From: an uncultured Gemmatimonadales bacterium
Lineage (GTDB): Bacteria > Gemmatimonadota > Gemmatimonadetes > Gemmatimonadales > GWC2-71-9
Reading direction: 5' to 3'
Assembly: GCA_963771275.1 (NCBI GenBank)
Contig: CAVYSW010000005.1
Span: 1-64,000 of the forward strand
Length of the DNA: 64,000 nucleotides
Position numbers and translations under genes: made by a program. Shown in pieces: positions 41,736-51,707 of the stretch; position 1 is the first letter of the stretch; each line of letters begins with the position of its first letter. The notes beneath the pieces are model-generated. The model was not told where the DNA came from. It saw only the letters and a program-made list of their open reading frames with translations, and ran no database searches.

Positions 41736-42884
41736 ATGAGCAGAGTGGCGACGCGGTGCCGTAGCGTTCGGCCGACGATGCCGGTGCGAGCGGTGTATCT
41801 GATCGGGGGTGCCGTGTCGGCGCTCAGCGCCTGCGCCGACCCGCGCGAGGCGCGCGTGGCGACGGTGCCCGTGACGGTGGCCCAGGCCGAGCAGCGGTCG
41901 GTACCGTTCGAGATCACGGCGCCGGGGACCGTCGAGCCGATGCGGGCCGCCGCGGTCACCGCGCAGGTGTCGGGCATGGTGATCAGCGTGAGGTTCCGTG
42001 AGGGTGAAGAGGTGCGCGAGGGCGCCGTGCTGGTGGAGATCGATCCGCGCCCGTACCGCAACGCGCTTGCCCAGGCGCAGGCGACGCTGGCGCGCGACGC
42101 GATCCAGCTGGAAACCGCGCGGCGGCAGGTCGAGCGCTACCAGGGGCTGGCCAAGAACGAGGGCATCGCGGCCGAGCAGTTCGAGTCGCTCCAGGCGACG
42201 GCCCAGGGGCTCGAAGCCACCCTCAAGTCCGACTCGGCGAATCTGGACAACGCGCGGCTCAACCTCGAGTACACCTCCATTCGGGCGCCGATCTCCGGGC
42301 GGACCGGCAGCCTGCTGATCAAAGAGGGCAACGTGGTGCGCGCCGCGGGCTCCCAGGTCCTGGTCACGGTCAACCAGACGCGGCCGATCCTGGTGCGGTT
42401 CGCGGTGCCGGCGCCGAATCTCCCGGTGATCCGGCGCTTCCTGGACGGGAACCTCGCGGTGCGGGTCCAGACGACCGAGGACACGACGTCGCTGGCGGGC
42501 ACGCTGGTGTTCGTCGACAACGCGGTGGACACGACCACCGGCACGATCATGCTCAAGGCCCGGTTCGACAACGCGGACGGCGCGCTGTGGCCGGGTCAGT
42601 TCGTGACCGCGACGCTGGTGCTGTACGAGCAGCGCGACGCCGTGGTGATCCCCATCGCGGCCGTCGTCGAGGCGGAAGGCGGCAGCTACGTGTACGTGGT
42701 GGGTACGGACGAGAAGGCGGTCACGCGACCGGTCGTGGTGGGGCGGTCGCTCGGCGACGACGTGATCGTGACCGACGGACTCGCGGTCGGCGAGACCGTC
42801 GTGACCGACGGGCAGCTCCGGCTGACGCCGGGCGCCCGCGTCCAGATCCGCAACGTCCAGAGCCAGCAGCGCGGTGCCCCATGA
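41736..42884 (+). CDS. RND efflux periplasmic adaptor (MdtA-like)
   Basis: LSAC lipobox, IRAPISGRTG, VDNAVDTTTGTI and LWPGQFV. Start could be 41778. Confidence 0.93.
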   Translation: MSRVATRCRSVRPTMPVRAVYLIGGAVSALSACADPREARVATVPVTVAQAEQRSVPFEITAPGTVEPMRAAAVTAQVSGMVISVRFREGEEVREGAVLVEIDPRPYRNALAQAQATLARDAIQLETARRQVERYQGLAKNEGIAAEQFESLQATAQGLEATLKSDSANLDNARLNLEYTSIRAPISGRTGSLLIKEGNVVRAAGSQVLVTVNQTRPILVRFAVPAPNLPVIRRFLDGNLAVRVQTTEDTTSLAGTLVFVDNAVDTTTGTIMLKARFDNADGALWPGQFVTATLVLYEQRDAVVIPIAAVVEAEGGSYVYVVGTDEKAVTRPVVVGRSLGDDVIVTDGLAVGETVVTDGQLRLTPGARVQIRNVQSQQRGAP

Positions 42885-45800
42885 ACATCGCGGCCCTGTT
42901 CATCCGGCGGCCGATCGCCACGACGCTGGTGATGGTCGGGATCGTCATCTTCGGGTTCGTCGGCTACCGGCAGCTCCCGGTGAGCGACCTGCCGCCGATC
43001 GACTACCCGACGATCAACGTCAATGCCAGCTTCTCGGGGGCAAGCCCCGAGACCATGGCGTCCTCCGTAGCGACGCCGCTGGAGCGGGCCTTCTCCACCA
43101 TTCCCGGCGTGGAGCAGATCACGTCCAGCAGCAACCAGGGCTCGACCAACATCACGCTGCAGTTCGCGCTGTCGCGCGACATCGACGCCGCGGCGCAGGA
43201 CGTGCAGACCGCGCTGTCGCGGGCGCAGCGCGGGCTGCCGGACGACATGCGGGACCCGCCCTCGTACTTCAAGTCCAATCCGTCCGACTTCCCGATCATC
43301 CTCTACTCGGTGGCGTCGCGCACGCTGCCGATCTCCACGGTGAACGAGTACGCCGAGACCGTGCTGGCGCCCCGGATCTCCACCATCGAGGGCGTGGCCC
43401 AGGTCGACATCATGGGCACCCAGCGCTTCGCCGTCCGCGTGCAGGTGGACCCGCGGGCCCTGGCGTACCGGCGCATCGGGATCGACGAGGTCGTGACCGC
43501 GGTCAACGCCAACAACATCGCCACGCCAGCCGGCGCGCTGTGGGGCCGCCACCGGGTGCTCGCCCTCCAGTCCAACGGGCAGCTGCAGGACGCCGACGCG
43601 TTCCGCGACATCGTCATCGCCTACCGCAACGGCTCGCCGGTGCGGCTCGGCGACGTGGGCAACGTGCTGAACGCGGTGTCGAACCCGCGCTCCGGCAACT
43701 GGTACAACGGCGCCCGCACGATCGTGCTGGCGGTACGCCGGCAGCCCGGCTCCAACACGGTGCAGGTGGCCGATGCGGTGAGCGCGCGCATCGAGAGCAT
43801 GCGGGGGCAGCTCCCGCCGGCGGTCGAGGTCAACCTGCTGTACGACCGGTCACAGACCATCCGGGAGTCTGTCGCGGACGTGCGGTTCACCCTGCTGCTC
43901 ACGCTCTGCCTCGTGGTGCTGGTCATCTTCCTGTTCCTGCGCAACGTGCCGGCGACGGCGATCCCGAGTATGGCGCTGCCGATGTCGGTCGTCGGAACGT
44001 TCGCCGTCATGGCCCTGTTCGGGTTGAGCGTGGACAACCTCTCGATGATGGCGCTCACGCTGGCCGTGGGCTTCGTGGTGGACGACGCCATCGTGATGCT
44101 GGAGAACATCCACCGGCACGTCGAAATGGGAAAGCCGGGGCTGCAGGCGGCGCTGGAGGGCTCGAAGGAGGTCGGCTTCACGATCCTGTCGATGACGCTG
44201 TCCCTGGTCGCCGTGTTCATCCCGCTGCTGTTCATGCCGGGGCTGCTGGGACGGCTGTTCCACGAGTTCGCGGTCGTGATCGCCGCGGCGATCCTGATCT
44301 CGGGCTTCGTGTCCCTGACGCTCACGCCGATGATGTGCAGCCTGTTCCTCAAGGGCGAGCACCAGGTGCGGCACGGCTGGTTCTACGACACGGCCGAGAC
44401 CACGTGGAACCGCACGGTCGAGCTGTATCGCCGGTCGCTGCACTGGGTGCTTGGCCACCGGCGCACGGCGATGGCCGGGTCGTTCGCCATTCTCGTGGCT
44501 ACCCTCCTGCTGTTCCTCATCGTGCCCAGGGGGTTCATCCCCAATCAGGACGTGGGCTCGGTCAGCGGCTCGATCGAGGCGGCCGAGGGGACGTCGTGGG
44601 AGCAGATGGTGGAGCACATGACCCGTGTGAGCGACGTGGTGCGGGAGAACCCCAACGTCCAGGGCGTCCAGGTCTCCGGCGGGGGTGGGTTCAGCGGCGG
44701 GCTCACGCGCGCACGGCTCAGCGTCTACCTGAAGCCGCGCAACGAGCGGTCCCTGAGCGCGGACGAGGTGATCCGGAGCCTCCAGCCCGCGCTGGCGCGG
44801 CTGCCCGGCGTGCGGGTGTTTCTCACCAACCCGCCGGCGATTCGCATCGGCGGCCGCGGCAGCCAGAGCCAGTACCAGTTCACGCTGCAGGGCGCGGATC
44901 TCCAGGAGCTGTACCAGCAGGCTCACGTCATGGAGACCCGGATGCGCGATCTCCCCGTGATCCGCGACGTCTCGAGCGACCTCCAGATGCGCAACCCGCA
45001 GCTCCGGATCGACGTGGACCGCGATCGGGCGGCGGCGCTCGGGCTCAACATCAGCCAGGTGCAGAGCGCGCTGTACAACGCGTTCGGGTCGCGCCAGATC
45101 TCGACCATCCTGGGCACCAGCAACGACTACCCGGTGATCCTCGAGCTGCTGCCCGAGTTCCAGCGCGATCCCTCCGCCATCAACCTGCTGCACGTCCGGT
45201 CGCGGACGGGCGCGCTGGTGCCGCTCGGCGCCGTGGCGAAGGTCACGCCGATCCTGGGGCCCCAGTCGATCAATCACTCGGGCCAGCTCCCGTCGGTCAC
45301 GCTGTCGTTCAACCTGGAGGAGGGGGTGTCGCTGGGGGATGGCGTCGGCGCGGTGCAGCGCCTGGCGAACGAGGTGCTGCCCGCCACCGTGACGGGGGGC
45401 TTCTCGGGCACCGCGCAGGCATTCCAGCAGTCCCAGACCGGCCTGCTGTTCCTGCTGATCGTGGCGATCCTGGTGATCTACCTCGTGCTCGGAGTGCTGT
45501 ACGAGAGCTTCATCCACCCGCTGACGATCCTCTCGGCCCTCCCGTTCGCGGTGTTCGGCGCGCTGGTGACGCTGCTGATCTTCCGCACGGACCTGAACCT
45601 CTACTCGTACGTCGGGCTGATCCTGCTCGTGGGCCTGGTGAAGAAGAACGGCATCATGATGATCGACTTCGCGCTCGACGCCCAGCGCAACGAGGGGCTG
45701 GCGCCGGCCGACGCGATCGCCAGCGCCTGCCTGATCCGGTTCCGGCCGATCATGATGACCACGATGTGCGCGCTGATGGCGACCCTGCCGATCGCGATCG

Positions 45801-46009
45801 GCTGGGGCGCGGGCGCCGAGGCGCGCCGCCCGCTGGGCATCGCGGTGGTGGGCGGGCTGTTCGTCTCGCAGCTGGTCACGCTGTACGTGACCCCCGTGAT
45901 CTACACGTACTTGGATTCGTTCCAGGCGTGGCTCGGGAGCCGGGTCTCCCGGCGCGCGCGCGTGCCGGTCGGCGCGGAGCCGGCGCTGGGCCTCCAGGGC
46001 GCGGAGTAG
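42881..46009 (+). CDS. RND efflux permease (MdtB/MdtC-like)
   Basis: MNIAALFIRRPIAT, GFVVDDAIVMLEN, GLVKKNGIM and RFRPIMMT; ATGA coupling to the adaptor gene. Confidence 0.95.
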   Translation: MNIAALFIRRPIATTLVMVGIVIFGFVGYRQLPVSDLPPIDYPTINVNASFSGASPETMASSVATPLERAFSTIPGVEQITSSSNQGSTNITLQFALSRDIDAAAQDVQTALSRAQRGLPDDMRDPPSYFKSNPSDFPIILYSVASRTLPISTVNEYAETVLAPRISTIEGVAQVDIMGTQRFAVRVQVDPRALAYRRIGIDEVVTAVNANNIATPAGALWGRHRVLALQSNGQLQDADAFRDIVIAYRNGSPVRLGDVGNVLNAVSNPRSGNWYNGARTIVLAVRRQPGSNTVQVADAVSARIESMRGQLPPAVEVNLLYDRSQTIRESVADVRFTLLLTLCLVVLVIFLFLRNVPATAIPSMALPMSVVGTFAVMALFGLSVDNLSMMALTLAVGFVVDDAIVMLENIHRHVEMGKPGLQAALEGSKEVGFTILSMTLSLVAVFIPLLFMPGLLGRLFHEFAVVIAAAILISGFVSLTLTPMMCSLFLKGEHQVRHGWFYDTAETTWNRTVELYRRSLHWVLGHRRTAMAGSFAILVATLLLFLIVPRGFIPNQDVGSVSGSIEAAEGTSWEQMVEHMTRVSDVVRENPNVQGVQVSGGGGFSGGLTRARLSVYLKPRNERSLSADEVIRSLQPALARLPGVRVFLTNPPAIRIGGRGSQSQYQFTLQGADLQELYQQAHVMETRMRDLPVIRDVSSDLQMRNPQLRIDVDRDRAAALGLNISQVQSALYNAFGSRQISTILGTSNDYPVILELLPEFQRDPSAINLLHVRSRTGALVPLGAVAKVTPILGPQSINHSGQLPSVTLSFNLEEGVSLGDGVGAVQRLANEVLPATVTGGFSGTAQAFQQSQTGLLFLLIVAILVIYLVLGVLYESFIHPLTILSALPFAVFGALVTLLIFRTDLNLYSYVGLILLVGLVKKNGIMMIDFALDAQRNEGLAPADAIASACLIRFRPIMMTTMCALMATLPIAIGWGAGAEARRPLGIAVVGGLFVSQLVTLYVTPVIYTYLDSFQAWLGSRVSRRARVPVGAEPALGLQGAE

Positions 46010-46164
46010 GCGCCGGAAGCAGTCCTGGGCCAGCGCCCAGGCACGGGGTCTGCGTCCGCTTGGCCGAGCCCGCCCCGCAGTGCGGGCCTGCCCGGGCCTC
46101 CTCCCGCTTTTCCCCCGGCGGTAGTATCCTTTCTGGGGGACGGTCCCAGCCGCCCACCCAGACG

Positions 46165-46797
46165 ATGAATCCAACGGCATCACCACAACTGCGGGCGCAA
46201 GCCGTAGCGGTCCTGGCCATGCTGGCCGCCGTGACGGGGGCGAGCCGCGCCCAGGTGCAAGGCGCTGCCCCCGGTCACGCCTGGACCGCGGCCGACGTCC
46301 ACTTCCTCACCGGGATGATCCCGCATCACGCCCAGGCGATCGAGATGTCCCGCTGGGCGCCCACCCACGGCGCGAGCCCCGCGCTCCGCACCCTGGCGGC
46401 GCGGATCATCAACGCCCAGCAGGACGAGATCGCCCTGATGCAGCAATGGCTGCGCGAGCACGGCCTGCCGGTGCCCGACGCGCGCTCCACCGCCATGCCG
46501 ATGATGATGCACGGCGGCGCGCACGAGATGCTGATGCCCGGGATGCTCACCGCGGAGCAGATGGGGCAGCTGGACCAGGCCCGGGGGGCCGAGTTCGACC
46601 GGTTGTTCCTCATGTTCATGATCCAGCACCACCGCGGCGCCCTCACGATGGTGCAGGAGCTGTTCGCCACCGACGGCGCCGGTCAGGACAACATGGTGTT
46701 CAAGCTCGCGTCCGACATCAACGTCGATCAGACGACCGAGGTGACGCGGATGCAGCAGATGCTTGCGGCGCTGGTGTTCGACGCGCCGTCGCCGTAA
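46165..46797 (+). CDS. DUF305 (CopM-like) His/Met-rich secreted protein
   Basis: DVHFLTGMIPHHAQA, MPGM and FMIQHHRGALTM. Confidence 0.9.
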   Translation: MNPTASPQLRAQAVAVLAMLAAVTGASRAQVQGAAPGHAWTAADVHFLTGMIPHHAQAIEMSRWAPTHGASPALRTLAARIINAQQDEIALMQQWLREHGLPVPDARSTAMPMMMHGGAHEMLMPGMLTAEQMGQLDQARGAEFDRLFLMFMIQHHRGALTMVQELFATDGAGQDNMVFKLASDINVDQTTEVTRMQQMLAALVFDAPSP

Positions 46798-46848
46798 TCA
46801 GCCGCCGACACTCGTTCCCCGACCCTCCGCCCAGCACGAGGATCCACT

Positions 46849-48837
46849 ATGGTCACCGCTTCGCATGTCTCGCTGCCGCTCGCTCTCGGTCTCGTGGCGG
46901 CGGTCGCGTGCGCCCACTCGGGCGCCGCCCCGGCCACCGCGCCGTCACCCATGACGCGATCGGCGGCGGCACCCAGCCCCGATCCGCGGATCGGGCTCAG
47001 GCCCGGACTGATGGACGCCGATGAGGCGGCCTGGAACCTCCGGCTCCTGTCCGCAACGCCGCCGTCGGAGCGGTTCAAGGACGGCGTCAACTCCGACCTG
47101 GCGTTTACCGGCCACTACGCCATCCAGGGCAACTTCAACGGCTTCCAGGTGTGGGACATCACCGATCCCGCCCGGCCCGCGTTGAAGGCGGCGTACTACT
47201 GTCCGGCGTCACAGAGCGACGTGTCGGTCTACCGGAACCTGCTGTTCGTCTCCGGCGAGGGCATGGGCGGCCGGCTCGACTGCGGTGGCGAGGGCGTGCA
47301 GGAGGCCGTGAGCCACGACCGGCTGCGCGGCATCCGCATCTTCGACATCAGCGACATCGCAGCCCCACGCTACCTCGCCAACGTGCAGACGTGCCGCGGG
47401 TCGCACACGCATTCGCTGCTGGTCGACCCGAGGGACCCCGAGAACGTCTACGTTTACGTCTCCGGATCCGCCCCGGTGCGGCCCGACGAGGAGCTGCCGG
47501 GCTGCGTCACGGCGCCACCGGAGCAGGACCCGAGCTCGGCGCTGTTCCGGATCGAGGTCATCAAGGTCCCGCTTGCCCACCCCGAGCAGGCCGCGATCGT
47601 GAGCTCGCCGCGGATCTTCCAGAACCTCACGGCACCGGCGCGGCACGGCGAGGCCCCGGAGGACGTCGCGGCGGCGGCCAAGGCGGCGGCGGCGGCCCGG
47701 GAGCGCGGCGCCTTCACCGCGCCCATCATGGGCCTGGAGCGGGTGATCCCGTCACGGATGGTCGACCCGATGCTCGACAGCCTGGTCCACGCCCGGAACG
47801 GGAGCGGGGCGCCGACCGCCGCCGACAGCGCGGCGCTGCGGGAGGCCCTCCCCGGCATTCTGGCGCGGATGTTCGGCGAGGAGCCGGGAGCCGGCCCGCG
47901 GCCCGGGCCCACCCAGTGCCACGACATCACGCTCTATCCGGCGATCGGGCTGGCCGGCGGCGCGTGCGAGGGCTATGGATTGCTGCTCGACATCGCGAAT
48001 CCGGTGAACCCGGTCCGCCTCGCCGAGGTGGCCGACTCCAACTTCTCGTACTGGCATTCGGCGACGTTCAACAACGACGGCACCAAGGTCCTGTTCAGCG
48101 ACGAATGGGGTGGCGGCGGGGCGCCCAAGTGCCGCGTCACCGACAAGCACGAGTGGGGAGCGGACGCGATCTTCACCGTGGCGGATCGCAAGATGGCGTT
48201 CCGCAGCTACTACAAGCTGCCCGCGCCGCAGACGCCACTCGAGAACTGCGTCGCCCACAACGGCTCGCTCATCCCGATCCCGGGGCGCGACGTCATGGCG
48301 CAGGCGTGGTATCAGGGCGGGATCTCGGTGTTCGACTGGACCGACGCCGCCCATCCGAAGGAGATCGCGTTCTTCGATCGCGGTCCGGTGGACTCCAGCC
48401 GGATGGCCATGGGCGGGTCGTGGTCGGTGTACTGGTACGACGGCGTGCTGGTGAGCTCCGAGATCGCGCGCGGCCTCGACATCTTCGCGCTCGCGCCCAG
48501 CGCGCTGCTGTCGCAGAACGAGATCGACGCCGCCAGGACCGTGCGGCTGGACTACTTCAATACGCAGGGACAGCCCAGGTTCGTCTGGCCGCCGAGCTTC
48601 GCCCTGGCGCGCGCCTACGTCGATCAGCTCGAGCGCTCGCGCGGGCTCGAGACCGGCCGCCTTGCCGCCATCCGGCAGGCGCTGGCCGCCGCCGAGGGCC
48701 GCGCCGGCGCCGCACGACGCGACGCGCTCGGCCGGCTCGCCACCCAGGTGGACGGTGACGCCCGCGGAGCGACCGACGCGGGCAAGGTGCATCGGCTCGC
48801 GGGAGCCGTGCGGGAGCTGGCGACCGCGACCTGGTGA
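46849..48837 (+). CDS. LVIVD-repeat lipoprotein
   Basis: VAC lipobox, NSDLAF, CRGSHTH, CHDI, YWHSATFNNDGTKVLFSDEWGGG and NCVAHN. Confidence 0.88.
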   Translation: MVTASHVSLPLALGLVAAVACAHSGAAPATAPSPMTRSAAAPSPDPRIGLRPGLMDADEAAWNLRLLSATPPSERFKDGVNSDLAFTGHYAIQGNFNGFQVWDITDPARPALKAAYYCPASQSDVSVYRNLLFVSGEGMGGRLDCGGEGVQEAVSHDRLRGIRIFDISDIAAPRYLANVQTCRGSHTHSLLVDPRDPENVYVYVSGSAPVRPDEELPGCVTAPPEQDPSSALFRIEVIKVPLAHPEQAAIVSSPRIFQNLTAPARHGEAPEDVAAAAKAAAAARERGAFTAPIMGLERVIPSRMVDPMLDSLVHARNGSGAPTAADSAALREALPGILARMFGEEPGAGPRPGPTQCHDITLYPAIGLAGGACEGYGLLLDIANPVNPVRLAEVADSNFSYWHSATFNNDGTKVLFSDEWGGGGAPKCRVTDKHEWGADAIFTVADRKMAFRSYYKLPAPQTPLENCVAHNGSLIPIPGRDVMAQAWYQGGISVFDWTDAAHPKEIAFFDRGPVDSSRMAMGGSWSVYWYDGVLVSSEIARGLDIFALAPSALLSQNEIDAARTVRLDYFNTQGQPRFVWPPSFALARAYVDQLERSRGLETGRLAAIRQALAAAEGRAGAARRDALGRLATQVDGDARGATDAGKVHRLAGAVRELATATW

Positions 48838-48859
48838 GGCCGCACCGCGCGCTCGGTCG

Positions 48860-50335
48860 CTAGCGCCCCGGCCGCTCGAGCGCGGCGATGCGGCCGTCTG
48901 CCTGCGCCACGAGCAGCTGCACGCCACGCAGCGCGACGCCGACCGGATGCTCGATCCCCGGTACGGCGTACGCGCCGCGCACGGTCTTCTCCCGGAGATC
49001 GATCATCAGCAAGGTGGAGTACGCCGCGCTGATCGCGTAGAGCACGCCGTCGGCCACCACGGCGCCGGTCACCACGTACTCCGCCGGCGACCGATCCGCG
49101 CCGCTCGGCGCGAGGCCGGCCCCGAGACGCGGCACGAACTCGGACGCCAGCAGGAGATCCGCGCGGGCAAACCGCGACACCACCAGCCGCCGCTGCCGTG
49201 GGGACGGCACGGTCACCGTGACCAGCTCGTCAGCCGCCGGGTCGTACGCCAGCGACAGGACGTACATCTGGCGCGCGCGCACCGTCGCGAAGCGCGACCG
49301 GGCGAGCTCGGTCACGGCGCCGTCGGTCGCCAGGAAGTGGCGCCACTCGCGACCGGCATCGGCCCGGGGGTCGGGCCGCAGCAGCACGTAGCTCTTGTTC
49401 GTCGCCACCACGGCCAGCGTGTCGCCGCCGAGAAACGCGGCGCCGGCGAGCGGCGTGAGATCGATGCTGAACCCGGCGTCGAGCGTCACGTGGTGCTCGA
49501 CGCGCGCCAGCGCGCTGTCCAGCAGGTACACGCCGAACCGGTCGGTGATGGCGAGATACCGGCCGGTCGCCGGGTCGCGCGCGAGGTCGCTCACCGTGCC
49601 GTCGAGCGCCGCGCCAATCCGCTCCCAGCCCAGCACGGGAAGCGACGGCAGGTCCTTGAGCGGCCCGTGCGCGGGATCGGGATCCGCAGCATCCGGGTCC
49701 GGCGACGGGATGGTCCACGAGCCGCGCAGCGAGACGCGCCCGCGCAGCTCTTCCAGCGACCACACCCAGTGCCGTGGGTCGAGCGACAGCCGGACGGGAT
49801 CCCCCTGGCCGATGAACGGCGGCGGCCCCGTCGTGACGAACGCCTGCAGCGCGTTCACGGCCGCCAGCACCACGAAGCACCCCATGGCGAAGCGGCCGAT
49901 ACGGCCGGGCTCGCGGACACCCGGCTCGGCGAACCCCTCGCGCAGGAGCAGCAGCAGCACCCCGATCACGGCGAGCACCGTCCAGTGGATGAACCACGAC
50001 CACGCGTAGGTGTGGACGCCGAAAATCGGGGCGCTGAAACCCTGGCCGACGTCGCGCGCGAGGTGGAGGGCCGAATGCCGCAGCGCCATGAAGACGCCCC
50101 ACGCGCCAAGCAGCACCGCCATGCCGAGGTAGCGGGGGCGCGGCCCGTAGCGCAGCACGAACAGCCCGACCAAGGCGATCAGCAGCATCGACGTGCGCTG
50201 CGCCCAGCAGAGAATGCAGGGCGAGTCGCCGTGCGCCAGGCCAAGCCAGAGCGCCCCGCCGACCGGGACCACGAGCAGCACGATGACGGCCCACGCGAGC
50301 ACGACGCGCAGGCGGTCTTGGGAGAGCGTCGTCAC
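48860..50335 (-). CDS. dsbI: DsbB-family disulfide oxidoreductase with C-terminal beta-propeller (DsbI-like)
   Basis: PCILCWAQR CxxC, five TM segments, GPPPFIGQGDPVR, then a soluble propeller domain. Confidence 0.85.
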   Translation of the reverse strand: MTTLSQDRLRVVLAWAVIVLLVVPVGGALWLGLAHGDSPCILCWAQRTSMLLIALVGLFVLRYGPRPRYLGMAVLLGAWGVFMALRHSALHLARDVGQGFSAPIFGVHTYAWSWFIHWTVLAVIGVLLLLLREGFAEPGVREPGRIGRFAMGCFVVLAAVNALQAFVTTGPPPFIGQGDPVRLSLDPRHWVWSLEELRGRVSLRGSWTIPSPDPDAADPDPAHGPLKDLPSLPVLGWERIGAALDGTVSDLARDPATGRYLAITDRFGVYLLDSALARVEHHVTLDAGFSIDLTPLAGAAFLGGDTLAVVATNKSYVLLRPDPRADAGREWRHFLATDGAVTELARSRFATVRARQMYVLSLAYDPAADELVTVTVPSPRQRRLVVSRFARADLLLASEFVPRLGAGLAPSGADRSPAEYVVTGAVVADGVLYAISAAYSTLLMIDLREKTVRGAYAVPGIEHPVGVALRGVQLLVAQADGRIAALERPGR

Positions 50336-50499
50336 AGGTTCACGCCCGGCACGAGGGACGTGTGCGTGCCGATGAGGAACAGCAGCAGCATCAGGACGCA
50401 GCTCGCGATCAGCAGCCGGAAGGCGAGCCGCTCGCGCTCGGGGCGCCGCCAGACGAGCCAGGCGGCGCAGAGGATGATGAGGAAATCGAGGAATTCCAT
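50332..50499 (-). CDS. dba: 55-aa Dba-like (DsbI accessory) membrane protein, missed by the ORF track
   Basis: MEFLDFLIILCAAWLVWRRPERERLAFRLLIASCVLMLLLFLIGTHTSLVPGVNL*; its TGA overlaps the dsbI GTG (GTGA). Confidence 0.8.
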   Translation of the reverse strand: MEFLDFLIILCAAWLVWRRPERERLAFRLLIASCVLMLLLFLIGTHTSLVPGVNL

Positions 50500-50610
50500 C
50501 GGGCCAACGATGGTGTGCCGCTCAGGGTGCTCGCAAGTGGGCGGCGGCCGGGCGACGCGGTCGGAGCTCGAGGCGCTGGAGCGCGCCCCGAGCCCCGCAC
50601 GCGACCGCCG

Positions 50611-51441
50611 CTACTTGCCGCTGGGCTTCTTCGGCGTCCAGAACGCGGGATCCTGATCCCGCGTCGCCTTGTCCACGTAGCTCATGGCGGGATCGACGCG
50701 GAAATGCTCGGTCTCGATGTTCGCGATCCCGGTCACGGCCTTCTCCATCACCGCCAGCTCGTCGGGCGTCATCCCCGCCCAGATCTTGTCCCCGTCCGCC
50801 GCCAGCCGATCGAGCTCCGCATAGGACTCGAGCGACGTGAAGGTCAGGTACGTGGCGGTCGGCCCCCCCGCCACCGTCGAGTAGGTCCGATAACTCGTGT
50901 TCGGGGCGTTCCGCGTGGCGGACGCCATCCACGTCTTGGACGCCGCCTCGAACGCCTGCTGCTGGCCGAGCCGCACGCGGAACGTGGTCACCTCGTAGTA
51001 GCGCACCTTCGCCAGATTGGGGAACGCCCCCATGCTCAGATCCGGCCGGGCGCGCAGCAGCAGCGTCCGGACCTCGTCGACCGCCTCGGCGTCCGCCCGC
51101 GACAGCCGCTCCAGCTCCGCCGTCAGGGCCGGGTCGGCGTCATTGCGCTTCATGTCCGCTTCCATCGCGGCGTACGACGCGCTCGGGATGAGGAACCAGG
51201 CCTCGTTGCCCCCGGTCATCGCGGTGAGAGCGAGGTAGTTCGTGGGGCTGCCGGCCTTCGCGAACGCCGCCGGCCAGCCGGCCTCGATCTTGGCATGCTC
51301 CGCCCCGCGTCCGGCCTTCACGTACTCGCGGTAGATCGTGAGGTAACCGGGTTGACTGGTCGGCATGCCCTGCGCGAACGCCGTACCGGCAGTGCCCAGC
51401 ATGAGCGCCGCCTGGGTGAGACGGGGAACGATGGACCGCAT
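50611..51441 (-). CDS. Secreted hypothetical protein with tandem ferredoxin-like (NIPSNAP-like) domains
   Basis: AGGAG RBS, signal peptide ending AFA-Q, two internally similar halves (REYVKAGRGAEH / FRVRLGQQQAF). Confidence 0.75.
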   Translation of the reverse strand: MRSIVPRLTQAALMLGTAGTAFAQGMPTSQPGYLTIYREYVKAGRGAEHAKIEAGWPAAFAKAGSPTNYLALTAMTGGNEAWFLIPSASYAAMEADMKRNDADPALTAELERLSRADAEAVDEVRTLLLRARPDLSMGAFPNLAKVRYYEVTTFRVRLGQQQAFEAASKTWMASATRNAPNTSYRTYSTVAGGPTATYLTFTSLESYAELDRLAADGDKIWAGMTPDELAVMEKAVTGIANIETEHFRVDPAMSYVDKATRDQDPAFWTPKKPSGK

Positions 51442-51707
51442 GTCTGCTCCTGTCCGAAGCGCCGGTGAGGCGCTGGGTGAGGCCGCACCGCGTGGTGACA
51501 CGGAGCGGGATGACCGTCCCGGTATGGGACGGGCTGGGACTCGCCAATCAACAGGCGTAACCGGGCATGTCAAGCGCCTGCGCGGTATTCGATGGGCTTC
51601 GGACCCGGGTCACGGCGTGGTGGCGCGCGCCGCCGAGGCGCGTTACCGTGGAGGCGGCCGCTCGGCGGCCGACTCGTGTTCCTTCGATTCCCGCGGGATG
51701 GTGAACC

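Noticed and set aside
42874..46164. 1307-aa ORF apparently fusing a long N-terminus to DUF305
   Set aside because: The N-terminal part overlaps the RND permease out of frame. Only 46165-46797 looks real.
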